A DNA stretch of 64,000 nucleotides from Eledone cirrhosa (Eukaryota). Location of the stretch: assembly GCA_964016885.1 (NCBI GenBank), contig OZ024741.1, positions 247,752,001-247,816,000 on the forward strand. Reading direction: 5' to 3'. The position numbers and the translations under genes are program-made. The notes below the pieces were generated by a model, which worked only from the letters and a program-made list of their open reading frames with translations, was not told the origin of the DNA and did no database searches. This document shows positions 25,534 through 40,700 of this stretch, piece after piece. Each line of letters opens with the position of its first letter. The stretch's first letter is position 1.

Positions 25534-28500
25534 ATGTCCCCTTGGACGGCTAGAAATTACCTCTCCTTGGACGGCTGGATGATATGTCTCCTTGGACGGC
25601 TGGATATTATCTCCCCTTGGACGGCTGGAAATTATCTCCCCTTGGACGGCTGGAAATTATCTCCCATTGGATGGCTAGATATTACCTCCCCTTGGACGGC
25701 TGGAAATTATCTCCCCTTGATTTTTTTTACAAATTATCTCCCCCTGATTTTTTTTACAAATTATCTCCCCCTGATTTTTTTTTACAAATTATCTCCCCCT
25801 GATTTTTGTTTACAAATTATCTCCGCCTGATTTTTTTTTTAAAATTATCTCCCCTTGGACGGCTGGAAATTATCTCCCCCTGGACGGCTAGAAATTACCT
25901 CTCCTTGGACGGCTGAAAATTATCTCCCCTTGGACGGCTGGAAATTATCTCCCCTTGATTTTTTTACAAATTATCTCCCCCTGATTTTTTTTTTACAAAT
26001 TATCTCCCCCTGATTTTTTTTTACAAATTATCTCCCCCTGATTTTTTTACAAATTATCTCCCCCTAATTTTTTTTACAAATTATCTTCGCCTGATTTTTT
26101 TAAATATTATCTCTCCTTGGCTGGCGGGAAATTATCTCCCCTTGGACGGCTGGAAATTATCTCCCCTTGGAAGGATGGAAATTATCTCCCCTTGGACGGC
26201 TGGAAATTATCTACCCCTGATTTTTTTTACAATTTATCTCCCCCTGATTTTTTTTACAAATTATCTCCCCCTGATTTTTTTTTACAAATTATCTACCCCT
26301 GATTTTTTTTACAAATTATCTCCCCCTGATTTTTTTTACAAATTATCTCCCCCTGATTTTTTTTACAAATTATCTCCCCCTGATTTTTTTACAAATTATC
26401 TCCCCCTGATTTTTTTTACAAATTATCTTCCTCTGATTTTTTTACAAATTTTCTCCCCTTGGCTGGCTGGAAATTATCTCCCCTTGGACGGCTAGAAATT
26501 ACCTCTCCTTGGATGGCTGGAAATGATCTCCCCTTGGACGGCTGGAAATTATCTCCCCTTGGACGGATAGATATTACCTCCCCTTGGACGGCTGGAAATT
26601 ATCTCCCCTTGATTTTTTTACAAATTATCTCCCCCTGATTTATTTTACAAATCTGCCAATGATTTTTAAAAAAAAATTATCTCCCCTTCGCTGGCTGGAA
26701 ATTATCTCCCCTTGGACGCTGGAAATTATAGCCCCTTGGAGGGCTAGAAATTATCTTCCCTTGGACGGCTGGAAATTATCTCCCCTTGATTTTTTTTACA
26801 AATTATCTCCCCCTGATTTTTTTTACAAATTATCTCCCCCTGATTTTTTTTACAAATTATCTACCCCTGATTTTTTTTACAAATTATCTCCCTCTGATTT
26901 TTTTTACAAATTATCTCCCCCTGGAGATTTTTTTTTACAAATTATCTCCCCCTGATTTTTTTTACAAATTATCTCCACCTGATTTTTTTTACAAATTATC
27001 TACCCCTGATTTTTTTTACAAATTATCTCCCCCTGATTTTTTTTTACAAATTATCTCCCCCTGATTTTTTTTTACAAATTATCTCCCCCTGATTTTTTTA
27101 CAAATTATCTCCCCCTGATTTTTTTTACAATCTCCGCCTGATTTTTTTAAAAATTATCTTCCCTTGGCTGGCTGGAAATTATCTCCCCTTGGACACTGGA
27201 AATTATAGCCCCTTGGAGGGCTGGAAATTATCTTCCCTTGGACGGCTGGAAATTATCTCCCCTTGATTTTTTTTACAAATTATCTCCGCCTGATTTTTTT
27301 TTACAAATTATCTCCCCCTGATTTTTTTTTACAAATTATCTACCCCTGATTTTTTTTTACAAATTATCTCCCCCTGATTTTTTTTACAAATTATCTCCCT
27401 CTGATTTTTCTTTTACAAATTATCTCCCCCTGATTTTTTTACAAATTATCTCCCCCTGATTTTTTTTACAAATTATCTCCGCCTGATTTTTTTAAATATT
27501 ATCTTCCCTTGGCTGGCGGGAAATTATCTCCCCTTGGACGGCTGGAAATTATCTACCCTTGATTTTCTTTTTACAAATTATCTTCCACTGATTTTTTTTA
27601 CAAATTATCTCCACCTGATTTTTTTAAAAATTATCTCCCCTTGGAAGGCTGGAAATTATCTCCCCTTGGCTGGAAATTATCTCCCCTTGGACGGCTAGAA
27701 ATTATCTCTCTTTGGACGGCTGGAAATTATCACCCCTTGAGTTTTTTACAAATTATCTCCCCCTGATTTTTTTTACAAATCTCCCAGTGATTTTTTAAAA
27801 AAAATTATCTCCCCTTCGCTGGCTGGAAATTATCTCCCCTTGGACGCTGGAAATTATAGCCCCTTGGAGGGCTGGAAATTATCTTCCCTTGGACGGCTGG
27901 AAATTATCTCCCCTTGATTTTTTTTACAAATTATCTCCCCCTGATTTTTTTTTACAAATTATCTCCCCCTGATTTTTTTTACAACTTATCTGCGCCTGAT
28001 TTTTTTAAAAAAATTATCTCCCCTTGGACGGCTGGAAATTATCTCCCCTTGGACGGCTGGAAATTATCTCTCCTTGGACGGCTAGAATTTACCTCTCCTT
28101 GGACGGCTGAAAATTATCTCCCCTTGGACGGCTGGAAATTATCTCCCCTTGATTTTTTTTACAAATTATCTCCCCCTGATTTTTTTTTACAAATTATCTC
28201 CCCCTGATTTTTTTAGAAATTATCTCCCCTTGGCTGGCTGGAAATTATCTCCCCTTGGAGGCTGGAACTTATCTCCCCTTGGACGGCTAGAAATTACCTC
28301 TCCTTGGACGGCTGGAAAATATGTCTCCTTGGACGGCTGGATATTATCTCCCCTTGGACGGCTGGAAATTATCTCCCCTTGGACGGCTGGAAATTATCTC
28401 CCCTTGGATGGCTAGATATTACCTCCCCTTGGACGGCTGGAAATTATCTCCCCTTGATTTTTTTTACAAATTATCTCCCCCTGATTTTTTTTACAAATTA

Positions 28501-31500
28501 TCTCCCCCTGATTTTTTTTTACAAATTATCTCCCCCTGATTTTTGTTTACAAATTATCTCCGCCTGATTTTTTTAAATATTATCTCTCCTTGGCTGGCGG
28601 GAAATTATCTCCCCTTGGACGGCTGGAAATTATCTCCCCTTGGAAGGATGGAAATTATCTCCCCTTGGACGGCTGGAAATTATCTACCCCTGATTTTTTT
28701 TACAAATTATCTCCCCCTGATTTTTTTTACAAATTATCTCCCCCTGATTTTTTTTACAAATTATCTACCCCTGATTTTTTTTACAAATTATCTCCCCCTG
28801 ATTTTTTTTACAAATTATCTCCCCCTGATTTTTTTTTTACAAATTATCTCCCCCTGATTTTTTTACAAATTATCTCCCCCTGATTTTTTTTACAAATTAT
28901 CTCCGCCTGATTTTTTTAAATATTATCTTCCCTTGGCTGGCTGGAAATTATCTCCCCTTGGACGGCTAGAAATTACCTCTCCTTGGACGGCTGGAAATTA
29001 TCTCCCCTTGGACGGCTGGAAATTATCTCCCCTTGGACGGATAGATATTACCTCCCCTTGGACGGCTGGAAATTATCTCCCCTTGATTTTTTTACAAATT
29101 ATCTCCCCCTGATTTATTTTACAAATCTCCCAATGATTTTTAAAAAAAAATTATCTCCCCTTCGCTGGCTGGAAATTATCTCCCCTTGGACGCTGGAAAT
29201 TATCTCCCCTTGGACGGCTGAAAATTATCTCCCCTTGGACGGCTGGAAATTATCTCCCCTTGATTTTTTTTACAAATTATCTCCCCCTGATTTTTTTTTA
29301 CAAATTATCTCCGCCTGATTTTTTTTACAAATTATCTCCCCCTGATTTTTTTTTACAAATTATCTCCCCCTGATTTTTTTACAAATTATCTCCCCCTGAT
29401 TTTTTTTACAAATTATCTCCGCCTGATTTTTTAAAATATTATCTTCCCTTGGCTGGCGGGAAATTATCTCCCCTTGGACGGCTGGAAATTATCTGCCCTT
29501 GATTTTCTTTTTACAAATTATCTTCCACTGATTTTTTTTACAAATTATCTCCACCTGATTTTTTAAAAAATTATCTCCCCTTGGACGGCTGGAAATTATC
29601 TCCCCTTGGAAGGCTGGAAATTATCTCTCCTTGGACGGCTAGAATTTACCTCTCCTTGGACGGCTGAAAATTATCTCCCCTTGGACGGCTGGAAATTATC
29701 TCCCCTTGATTTTTTTTACAAATTATCTCCCCCTGATTTTTTTTTACAAATTATCTCCCCCTGATTTTTTTTTACAAATTATCACCCCCTGATTTTTTTT
29801 TACAAATTATCTCCCCCTGATTTTTTTTACAAATTATCTCCCCCTGATTTTTTTACAAATTATCTCCCCTTGGCTGGCTGGAAATTATCTCCCCTTGGAG
29901 GCTGGAACTTATCTCCCCTTGGACGGCTAGAAATTACCTCTCCTTGGACGGCTGGAAAATATGTCTCCTTGGACGGCTGGATATTATCTCCCCTTGGACG
30001 GCTGGAAATTATCTCCCCTTGGACGGCTGGAAATTATCTCCCCTTGGATGGCTAGATATTACCTCCCCTTGGACGGCTGGAAATTATCTCCCCTTGATTT
30101 TTTTACAAATTATCTCCCCCTGATTTTTTTTTACAAATTATCTCCCCCTGATTTTTTTTTACAAATTATCTCCCCCTGATTTTTTTTTACAAATTATCTA
30201 CCCCTGATTTTTTTTACAAATTATCTCCCCCTGATTTTTTTTACAAATTATCTCCCCCTGATTTTTTTTTTACAAATTATCTCCCCCTGATTTTTTTACA
30301 AATTATCTCCACTTGATTTTTTTTTACAACTTATCTGCGCCTGATTTTTTTTTAAAAATTATCTCCCCTTGGACGGCTGGAAATTATCTCCCCTTGGACG
30401 GCTGGAAATTATCTCTCCTTGGACGGCTAGAATTTACCTCTCCTTGGACGGCTGAAAATTATCTCCCCTTGGACGGCTGGGAATTATCTCCCCTTGATTT
30501 TTTTTACAAATTATCTCCCCCTGATTTTTTTTTACAAATTATCTCCCCCTGATTTTTTTTTACAAATTATCTCCCCCTGATTTTTTTACAAATTATCTCC
30601 CCTTGGCTGGCTGGAAATTATCTCCCCTTGGAGCCTGGAACTTATGTCCCCTTGGACGGCTAGAAATTACCTCTCCTTGGACGGCTGGAAAATATGTCTC
30701 CTTGGACGGCTGGATATTATCTCCCCTTGGACGGCTGGAAATTATCTCCCCTTGGACGGCTGGAAATTATCTCCCCTTGGATGGCTAGATATTACCTCCC
30801 CTTGGACGGCTGGAAATTATCTCCCCTTGATTTTTTTTACAAATTATCTCCCCCTGATTTTTTTTTACAAATTATCTCCCCCTGATTTTTTTTTACAAAT
30901 TATCTCCCCCTGATTTTTGTTTACAAATTATCTCCGCCTATTTTTTTTAAAAAATTATCTCCCCTTGGACGGCTGGAAATTATCTCCCCTTGGACGGCTA
31001 GAAATTACCTCTCCTTGGACGGCTGAAAATTATCTCCCCTTGGACGGCTGGAAATTATCTCCCCTTGATTTTTTTACAAATTATCTCCCCCTGATTTTTT
31101 TTTTACAAATTATCTCCCCCTGATTTTTTTTTTACAAATTATCTCCCCCTGATTTTTTTACAAATTATCTCCCCCTAATTTTTTTTACAAATTATCTCCG
31201 CCTGATTTTTTTAAATATTATCTCTCCTTGGCTGGCGGGAAATTATCTCACCTTGGACGGCTGGAAATTATCTCCCCTTGGAAGAATGGAAATTATCTCC
31301 CCTTGGACGGCTGGAAATTATCTACCCCTGATTTTTTTTACAAATTATCTCCCCCTGATTTTTTTTACAAATTATCTCCCCCTGATTTTTTTTTACAAAT
31401 TATCTACCCCTGATTTTTTTTACAAATTATCTCCCCCTGATTTTTTTTACAAATTATCTCCCCCTGATTTTTTTTTACAAATTATCTACCCCTGATTTTT

Positions 31501-34500
31501 TTTACAAATTATCTCCCCCTGATTTTTTTTTACAAATTATCTCCCCCTGATTTTTTTACAAATTATCTCCCCCTGATTTTTTTTACAATCTCCGCCTGAT
31601 TTTTTTAAAAATTATCTTCTCTTGGCTGGCTGGAAATTATCTCCCCTTGGACACTGGAAATTATAGCCACTTGGAGGGCTGGAAATTATCTTCCCTTGGA
31701 CGGCTGGAAATTATCTCCCCTTGATTTTTTTTACAAATTATCTCCGCCTGATTTTTTTTTACAAATTATCTCCCCCTGATTTTTTTTTACAAATTATCTA
31801 CCCCTGATTTTTTTTTACAAATTATCTCCCCCTGATTTTTTTTACAAATTATCTCCCCCTGATTTCTCTTTTACAAATTATCTCCCCCTGATTTTTTTAC
31901 AAATTATCTCCCCCTGATTTTTTTTACAAATTATCTCCGCCTGATTTTTTTAAATATTATCTTCCCTTGGCTGGCGGGAAATTATCTCCCCTTGGACGGC
32001 TGGAAATTATCTACCCTTGATTTTCTTTTTACAAATTATCTTCCACTGATTTTTTTTACAAATTATCTCCACCTGATTTTTTAAAAAATTATCTCCCCTT
32101 GGAAGGCTGGAAATTATCTCCCCTTGGCTGGAAATTATCTCCCCTTTGACGGCTAGAAATTATCTCTCTTTGGACGGCTGGAAATTATCACCCCTTGAGT
32201 TTTTTACAAATTATCTCCCCCTGATTTTTTTACAAATTATCTCCCCCTGATTTTTTTTACAAATTATCTCCGCCTGATTTTTTTAAATATTATCTTCCCT
32301 TGGCTGGCGGGAAATTATCTCCCCTTGGACGGCTGAAAATTATCTCCCCTTGGACGGCTGGAAATTATCTCCCCTTGATTTTTTTTACAAATTATCTCCC
32401 CCTGATTTTTTTTTACAAATTATCTCCCCCTGATTTTTTTACAAATTATCTCCCCCTGATTTTTTTTTACAAATTATCTCCCCCTGATTTTTTTTACAAA
32501 TTATCTCCCTCTGATTTTTTTACAAATTATCTCCCCTTGGCTGGCTGGAAATTATCTCCCCTTGGACGGCTAGAAATTACCTCTCCTTGGACGGCTGGAA
32601 AATATGTCTCCTTGGACGGCTGGATATTATCTCCCCTTGGACGGCTGGAAATTATCTCCCCTTGGACGGCTGGAAATTATCTCCCCTTGGACGGATATAT
32701 ATTACCTCCCCTTGGACGGCTGGAAATTATCTCCCCTTGATTTTTTTACAAATTATCTCCCCCTGATTTATTTTACAAATCTCCCAATGATTTTTAAAAA
32801 AAAATTATCTCCCCTTCGCTGGCTGGAAATTATCTCCCCTTGGACGCTGGAAATTATAGCCCCTTGGAGGGCTGGAAATTATCTTCCCTTGGACGGCTGG
32901 AAATTATCTCCCCTTGATTTTTTTTACAAATTATCTCCCCCTGATTTTTTTTACAAATTATCTCCCCCTGATTTTTTTTACAAATTATCTACCCCTGATT
33001 TTTTTTACAAATTATCTCCCCCTGATTTTTTTTTACAAATTATCTCCCCCTGATTTTTTTTTACAAATTATCTCCCCCTGATTTTTTTACAAATTATCTC
33101 CCCCTGATTTTTTTTACAATCTCCGCCTGATTTTTTTAAAAATTATCTTCTCTTGGCTGGCTGGAAATTATCTCCCCTTGGACACTGGAAATTATAGCCA
33201 CTTGGAGGGCTGGAAATTATCTTCCCTTGGACGGCTGGAAATTATCACCCCTTGATTTTTTTTACAAATTATCTCCGACTGATTTTTTTTTACAAATTAT
33301 CTCCCCCTGATTTTTTTTTACAAATTATCTAACCCTGATTTTTTTTTACAAATTATCTCCCCCTGATTTTTTTTACAAATTATCTCCCCCTGATTTCTCT
33401 TTTACAAATTATCTCCCCCTGATTTTTTTACAAATTATCTCCCCCTGATTTTTTTTACAAATTATCTCCGCCTGATTTTTTTAAATATTATCTTCCCTTG
33501 GCTGGCGGGAAATTATCTCCCCTTGGACGGCTGGAAATTATCTACCCTTGATTTTCTTTTTACAAATTATCTTCCACTGATTTTTTTTACAAATTATCTC
33601 CACCTGATTTTTTAAAAAATTATCTCCCCTTGGAAGGCTGGAAATTATCTCCCCTTGGCTGGAAATTATCTCCCCTTGGACGGCTAGAAATTATCTCTCT
33701 TTGGACGGCTGGAAATTATCACCCCTTGAGCTTTTTACAAATTATCTCCCCCTGATTTTTTTTACAAATCTCCCTGTGATTTTTTAAAAAAAATTATCTC
33801 CCCTTCGCTGGCTGGAAATTATCTCCCCTTGGACGCTGGAAATTATAGCCCCTTGGAGGGCTGGAAATTATCTTCCCTTGGACGGCTGGAAATTATCTCC
33901 CCTTGATTTTTTTTACAAATTATCTCCCCCTGATTTTTTTTTACAAATTATCTCCCCCTGATTTTTTTTACAACTTATCTGCGCCTGATTTTTTTTTAAA
34001 AATTATCTCCCCTTGGACGGCTGGAAATTATCTCCCCTTGGACGGCTGGAAATTATCTCTCCTTGGACGGCTAGAATTTACCTCTCCTTTGACGGCTGAA
34101 AATTATCTCCCCTTGGACGGCTGGAAATTATCTCCCCTTGATTTTTTTTACAAATTATCTCCCCCTGATTTTTTTTTACAAATTATCTCCCCCTGATTTT
34201 TTTTTACAAATTATCTCCCCCTGATTTTTTTTTACAAATTATCTACCCCTGATTTTTTTTTACAAATTATCTCCCCTTGGCTGGCTGGAAATTATCTCCC
34301 CTTGGAGGCTGGAACTTATCTCCCCTTGGACGGCTAGAAATTACCTCTCCTTGGACGGCTGGAAAATATGTCTCCTTGGACGGCTGGATATTATCTCCCC
34401 TTGGACGGCTGGAAATTATCTCCCCTTGGACGGCTGAAAATTATCTCCCCTTGATTTTTTTTACAAATTATCTCCCCCTGATTTTTTTTTACAAATTATC

Positions 34501-36400
34501 TCCCCCTGATTTTTGTTTACAAATTATCTCCGCCTGATTTTTTAAAAAAATTATCTCTCCTTGGACGGCTGGAAATTATCTCCCCTTGGACGGATAGAAA
34601 TTACCTCTCCTTGGACGGCTGAAAATTATCTCCCCTTTGACGGCTGGAAATTATCTCCCCTTGATTTTTTTACAAATTATCTCCCCCTGATTTTTTTTTT
34701 ACAAATTATCTCCCCCTGATTTTTTTTTACAAATTATCTACCCCTGATTTTTTTTTACAAATTATCTCCCCCTGATTTTTTTTACAAATTATCTCCCCCT
34801 GATTTTTTTTTACAAATTATCTCCCCCTGATTTTTTTACAAATTATCTCTCCCTGATTTTTTTTACAAATTATCTCCGCCTGATTTTTTTAAATATTATC
34901 TCTCCTTGGCTGGCGGGAAATTATCTCCCCTTGGACGGCTGGAAATTATCTCCCCTTGGAAGGATGGAAATTATCTCCCCTTGGACGGCTGGAAATTATC
35001 TACCCCTGATTTTTTTTACAAATTATCTCCCCCTGATTTTTTTTACAAATTATCTCCCCCTGATTTTTTTTACAAATTATCTACCCCTGATTTTTTTTAC
35101 AAATTATCTCCCCCTGATTTTTTTTACAAATTATCTCCCCCTGATTTTTTTTTTACAAATTATCTCACCCTGATTTTTTTACAAATTATCTCCCCCTGAT
35201 TTTTTTTACAAATTATCTCCGCCTGATTTTTTTAAATATTATCTTCCCTTGGCTGGCGGGAAATTATCTCCCCTTGAAGGGCTGAAAATTATCTCCCCTT
35301 GGACGGCTGGAAATTATCTCCCCTTGATTTTTTTTACAAATTATCTCCCCCTGATTTTTTTTTACAAATTATCTCCCCCTGATTTTTTTTACAAATTATC
35401 TCCCCCTGATTTTTTTTTACAAATTATCTGCCGCTGATTTTTTTTACAAATTATCTCCCCCTGATTTTTTTACAAATTATCTCCCCTTGGCTGGCTGGAA
35501 ATTACCTCCCCTTGGAGGCTGGAATTTATCTCCCCTTGGACGGCTAGAAATTACCTCTCCTTGGACGGCTGGAAAATATGTCTCCTTGGACGGCTGGATA
35601 TTATCTCCCCTTGGACGGCTGGAAATTATCTCCCCTTGGACGGCTGGAAATTATCTCCCCTTGGACGGATAGATATTACCTCCCCTTGGACGGCTGGAAA
35701 TTATCTCCCCTTGGACGGCTGAAAATTATCTCCCCATGGACGGCTGGAAATTATCTCCCCTTGGACGGCTAGAAATTATCTCTCCTTGGACGGCTGAAAA
35801 TTATCTCCCCTTGGACGGCTGGAAATTATCTCCCGTTGGACGGCTGGAAATTATCTCGCCTTGGACGGCTAGAATTTACCTCTCCTTGGACGGCTGAAAA
35901 TTATCTCCCCTTGGACGGCTGGAAATTATCTCCCCTTGATTTTTTTTACAAATTATCTCCCCCTGATTTTTTTTTACAAATTATCTCCCCCTGATTTTTT
36001 TTTACAAATTATCTCCCCCTGATTTTTTTTTACAAATTATCTCCCCCTGATTTTTTTTACAAATTATCTCCCCCCTGATTTTTTAACAAATTATCTCCCC
36101 TTGGCTGGCTGGAAATTATCTCCCCTTGGAGGCTGGAACTTATCTCCCCTTGGACGGCTAGAAATTACCTCTCCTTGGACGGCTGGAAAATATGTCTCCT
36201 TGGACGGCTGGATATTATCTCCCCTTGGACGGCTGGAAATTATCTCCCCTTGGACGGCTGGAAATTATCTCCCCTTGGATGGCTAGATATTACCTCCCCT
36301 TGGACGGCTGGAAATTATCTCCCTTTGATTTTTTTTACAAATTATCTCCCCCTGATGTTTTTTTACAAATTATCTCCCCCTGATTTTTTTTTACAAATTA
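25534..36400 (+). repeat. Higher-order macro-unit copy 2 (truncated at ~36.4 kb)
   Basis: Offsets of 17223-17225 to 8.9-12 kb (8894/26117, 9563/26786, 11758/28983) and 13835-13838 to 18.8-22.5 kb (18769/32604, 20439/34277, 22263/36101). Carries the ctggagattt insertion at 26921. Confidence 0.8.
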
Positions 36401-38039
36401 TCTACCCCTGATTTTTTTTTACAAATTATCTCCCCCTGATTTTTTTTACAAATTATCTCCCCCTGATTTTTTTTTACAAATTATCTCCCCCTGATTTTTT
36501 TACAAATTATCTCCCCCTGATTTTTTTTACAAATTATCTCCGCCTGATTTTTTAAAATATTATCTTCCCTTGGCTGGCGGGAAATTATCTCCCCTTGGAC
36601 GGCTGGAAATTATCTCCCCTTGGAAGGCTGGAAATTATCTCTCCTTGGACGGCTAGAATTTACCTCTCCTTGGACGGCTGAAAATTATCTCCCCTTGGAC
36701 GGCTGGAAATTATCTCCCCTTGATTTTTTTTACAAATTATCTCCCCCTGATTTTTTTTTACAAATTATCTCCCCCTGATTTTTTTTTACAAATTATCACC
36801 CCCTGATTTTTTTTTACAAATTATCTCCCCCTGATTTTTTTTACAAATTATCTCCCCCTGATTTTTTTACAAATTATCTCCCCTTCGCTGGCTGGAAATT
36901 ATCTCCCCTTGGAGGCTGGAACTTATCTCCCCTTGGACGGCTAGAAATTACCTCTCCTTGGACGGCTGGAAAATATGTCTCCTTGGAAGGCTGGATATTA
37001 TCTCCCCTTGGACGGCTGGAAATTATCTCCCCTTGGACGGCTGGAAATTATCTCCCCTTGGATGGCTAGATATTACCTCCCCTTGGACGGCTGGAAATTA
37101 TCTCCCCTTGATTTTTTTACAAATTATCTCCCCCTGATTTTTTTTTACAAATTATCTCCCCCTGATTTTTTTTTACAAATTATCTCCCCCTGATTTTTTT
37201 TTACAAATTATCTACCCCTGATTTTTTTTACAAATTATCTCCCCCTGATTTTTTTTACAAATTATCTCCCCCTGATTTTTTTTTACAAATTATCTCCCCC
37301 TGATTTTTTTACAAATTATCTCCCCTTGATTTTTTTTTACAACTTATCTGCGCCTGATTTTTTTTAAAAAATTATCTCCCCTTGGACGGCTGGAAATTAT
37401 CTCCCCTTGGACGGCTGGGAATTATCTCCCCTTGATTTTTTTTACAAATTATCTCCCCCTGATTTTTTTTTACAAATTATCTCCCCCTGATTTTTTTTTA
37501 CAAATTATCTCCCCCTGATTTTTTTACAAATTATCTCCCCTTGGCTGGCTGGAAATTATCTCCCCTTGGAGCCTGGAACTTATGTCCCCTTGGACGGCTA
37601 GAAATTACCTCTCCTTGGACGGCTGGAAAATATGTCTCCTTGGACGGCTGGATATTATCTCCCCTTGGACGGCTGGAAATTATCTCCCCTTGGACGGCTG
37701 GAAATTATCTCCCCTTGGATGGCTAGATATTACCTCCCCTTGGACGGCTGGAAATTATCTCCCCTTGATTTTTTTTACAAATTATCTCCCCCTGATTTTT
37801 TTTTACAAATTATCTCCCCCTGATTTTTTTTTACAAATTATCTCCCCCTGATTTTTGTTTACAAATTATCTCCGCCTATTTTTTTTAAAAAATTATCTCC
37901 CCTTGGACGGCTGGAAATTATCTCCCCTTGGACGGCTAGAAATTACCTCTCCTTGGACGGCTGAAAATTATCTCCCCTTGGACGGCTGGAAATTATCTCC
38001 CCTTGATTTTTTTACAAATTATCTCCCCCTGATTTTTTT

Positions 38040-40700
38040 TACAAATTATCTCCCCCTGATTTTTTTTTACAAATTATCTGCCGCTGATTTTTTTTACAAA
38101 TTATCTCCCCCTGATTTTTTTACAAATTATCTCCCCTTGGCTGGCTGGAAATTACCTCCCCTTGGAGGCTGGAATTTATCTCCCCTTGGACGGCTAGAAA
38201 TTACCTCTCCTTGGACGGCTGGAAAATATGTCTCCTTGGACGGCTGGATATTATCTCCCCTTGGACGGCTGGAAATTATCTCCCCTTGGACGGCTGGAAA
38301 TTATCTCCCCTTGGACGGATAGATATTACCTCCCCTTGGACGGCTGGAAATTATCTCCCCTTGGACGGCTGGAAATTATCTCCCCATGGACGGCTGGAAA
38401 TTATCTCCCCTTGGACGGCTAGAAATTATCTCTCCTTGGACGGCTGAAAATTATCTCCCCTTGGACGGCTGGAAATTATCTCCCGTTGGACGGCTGGAAA
38501 TTATCTCGCCTTGGACGGCTAGAATTTACCTCTCCTTGGACGGCTGAAAATTATCTCCCCTTGGACGGCTGGAAATTATCTCCCCTTGATTTTTTTTACA
38601 AATTATCTCCCCCTGATTTTTTTTTACAAATTATCTCCCCCTGATTTTTTTTTACAAATTATCTCCCCCTGATTTTTTTTTACAAATTATCTCCCCCTGA
38701 TTTTTTTTACAAATTATCTCCCCCCTGATTTTTTAACAAATTATCTCCCCTTGGCTGGCTGGAAATTATCTCCCCTTGGAGGCTGGAACTTATCTCCCCT
38801 TGGACGGCTAGAAATTACCTCTCCTTGGACGGCTGGAAAATATGTCTCCTTGGACGGCTGGATATTATCTCCCCTTGGACGGCTGGAAATTATCTCCCCT
38901 TGGACGGCTGGAAATTATCTCCCCTTGGATGGCTAGATATTACCTCCCCTTGGACGGCTGGAAATTATCTCCCTTTGATTTTTTTTACAAATTATCTCCC
39001 CCTGATTTTTTTTTACAAATTATCTCCCCCTGATTTTTTTTTACAAATTATCTACCCCTGATTTTTTTTTACAAATTATCTCCCCCTGATTTTTTTTACA
39101 AATTATCTCCCCCTGATTTTTTTTTACAAATTATCTCCCCCTGATTTTTTTACAAATTATCTCCCCCTGATTTTTTTTACAAATTATCTCCGCCTGATTT
39201 TTTTAAATATTATCTCTCCTTGGCTGGCGGGAAATTATCTCCCCTTGGACGGCTGGAAATTATCTCCCCTTGGAAGGATGGAAATTATCTCCCCTTGGAC
39301 GGCTGGAAATTATCTACCCCTGATTTTTTTTACAAATTATCTCCCCCTGATTTTTTTTACAAATTATCTCCCCCTGATTTTTTTTACAAATTATCTACCC
39401 CTGATTTTTTTTACAAATTATCTCCCCCTGATTTTTTTTACAAATTATCTCCCCCTGATTTTTTTTTTACAAATTATCTCACCCTGATTTTTTTACAAAT
39501 TATCTCCCCCTGATTTTTTTTACAAATTATCTCCGCCTGATTTTTTTAAATATTATCTTCCCTTGGCTGGCGAGAAATTATCTCCCCTTGAAGGGCTGAA
39601 AATTATCTCCCCTTGGACGGCTGGAAATTATCTCCCCTTGATTTTTTTTACAAATTATCTCCCCCTGATTTTTTTTTAGAAATTATCTCCCCCTGATTTT
39701 TTTTACAAATTATCTCCCCCTGATTTTTTTTTACAAATTATCTGCCGCTGATTTTTTTTACAAATTATCTCCCCCTGATTTTTTTACAAATTATCTCCCC
39801 TTGGCTGGCTGGAAATTACCTCCCCTTGGAGGCTGGAATTTATCTCCCCTTGGACGGCTAGAAATTACCTCTCCTTGGACGGCTGGAAAATATGTCTCCT
39901 TGGACGGCTGGATATTATCTCCCCTTGGACGGCTGGAAATTATCTCCCCTTGGACGGCTGGAAATTATCTCCACTTGGACGGATAGATATTACCTCCCCT
40001 TGGACGGCTGGAAATTATCTCCCCTTGGACGGCTGGAAATTATCTCCCCATGGACGGCTGGAAATTATCTCCCCTTGGACGGCTAGAAATTATCTCTCCT
40101 TGGACGGGTGAAAATTATCTCCCCTTGGACGGCTGGAAATTATCTCCCGTTGGACGGCTGGAAATTATCTCGCCTTGGACGGCTAGAATTTACCTCTCCT
40201 TGGACGGCTGAAAATTATCTCCCCTTGGACGGCTGGAAATTATCTCCCCTTGATTTTTTTTACAAATTATCTCCCCCTGATTTTTTTTTACAAATTATCT
40301 CCCCCTGATTTTTTTTTAGAAATTATCTCCCCCTGATTTTTTTTTACAAATTATCTCCCCCTGATTTTTTTTACAAATTATCTCCCCCCTGATTTTTTAA
40401 CAAATTATCTCCCCTTGGCTGGCTGGAAATTATCTCCCCTTGGAGGCTGGAACTTATCTCCCCTTGGACGGCTAGAAATTACCTCTCCTTGGACGGCTGG
40501 AAAATATGTCTCCTTGGACGGCTGGATATTATCTCCCCTTGGACGGCTGGAAATTATCTCCCCTTGGACGGCTGGAAATTATCTCCCCTTGGATGGCTAG
40601 ATATTACCTCCCCTTGGACGGCTGGAAATTATCTCCCTTTGATTTTTTTTACAAATTATCTCCCCCTGATTTTTTTTACAAATTATCTCCCCCTGATTTT
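38040..40700 (+). repeat. Dispersed copy of ~4.5-7.1 kb, including the 1.6-kb duplication junction
   Basis: Offsets of 33524-33554 (4687/38211, 5667/39220, 6861/40415). Shares ggcgagaaa (~6017/~39569) and tttagaaatt (6761/~40315). Confidence 0.85.
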
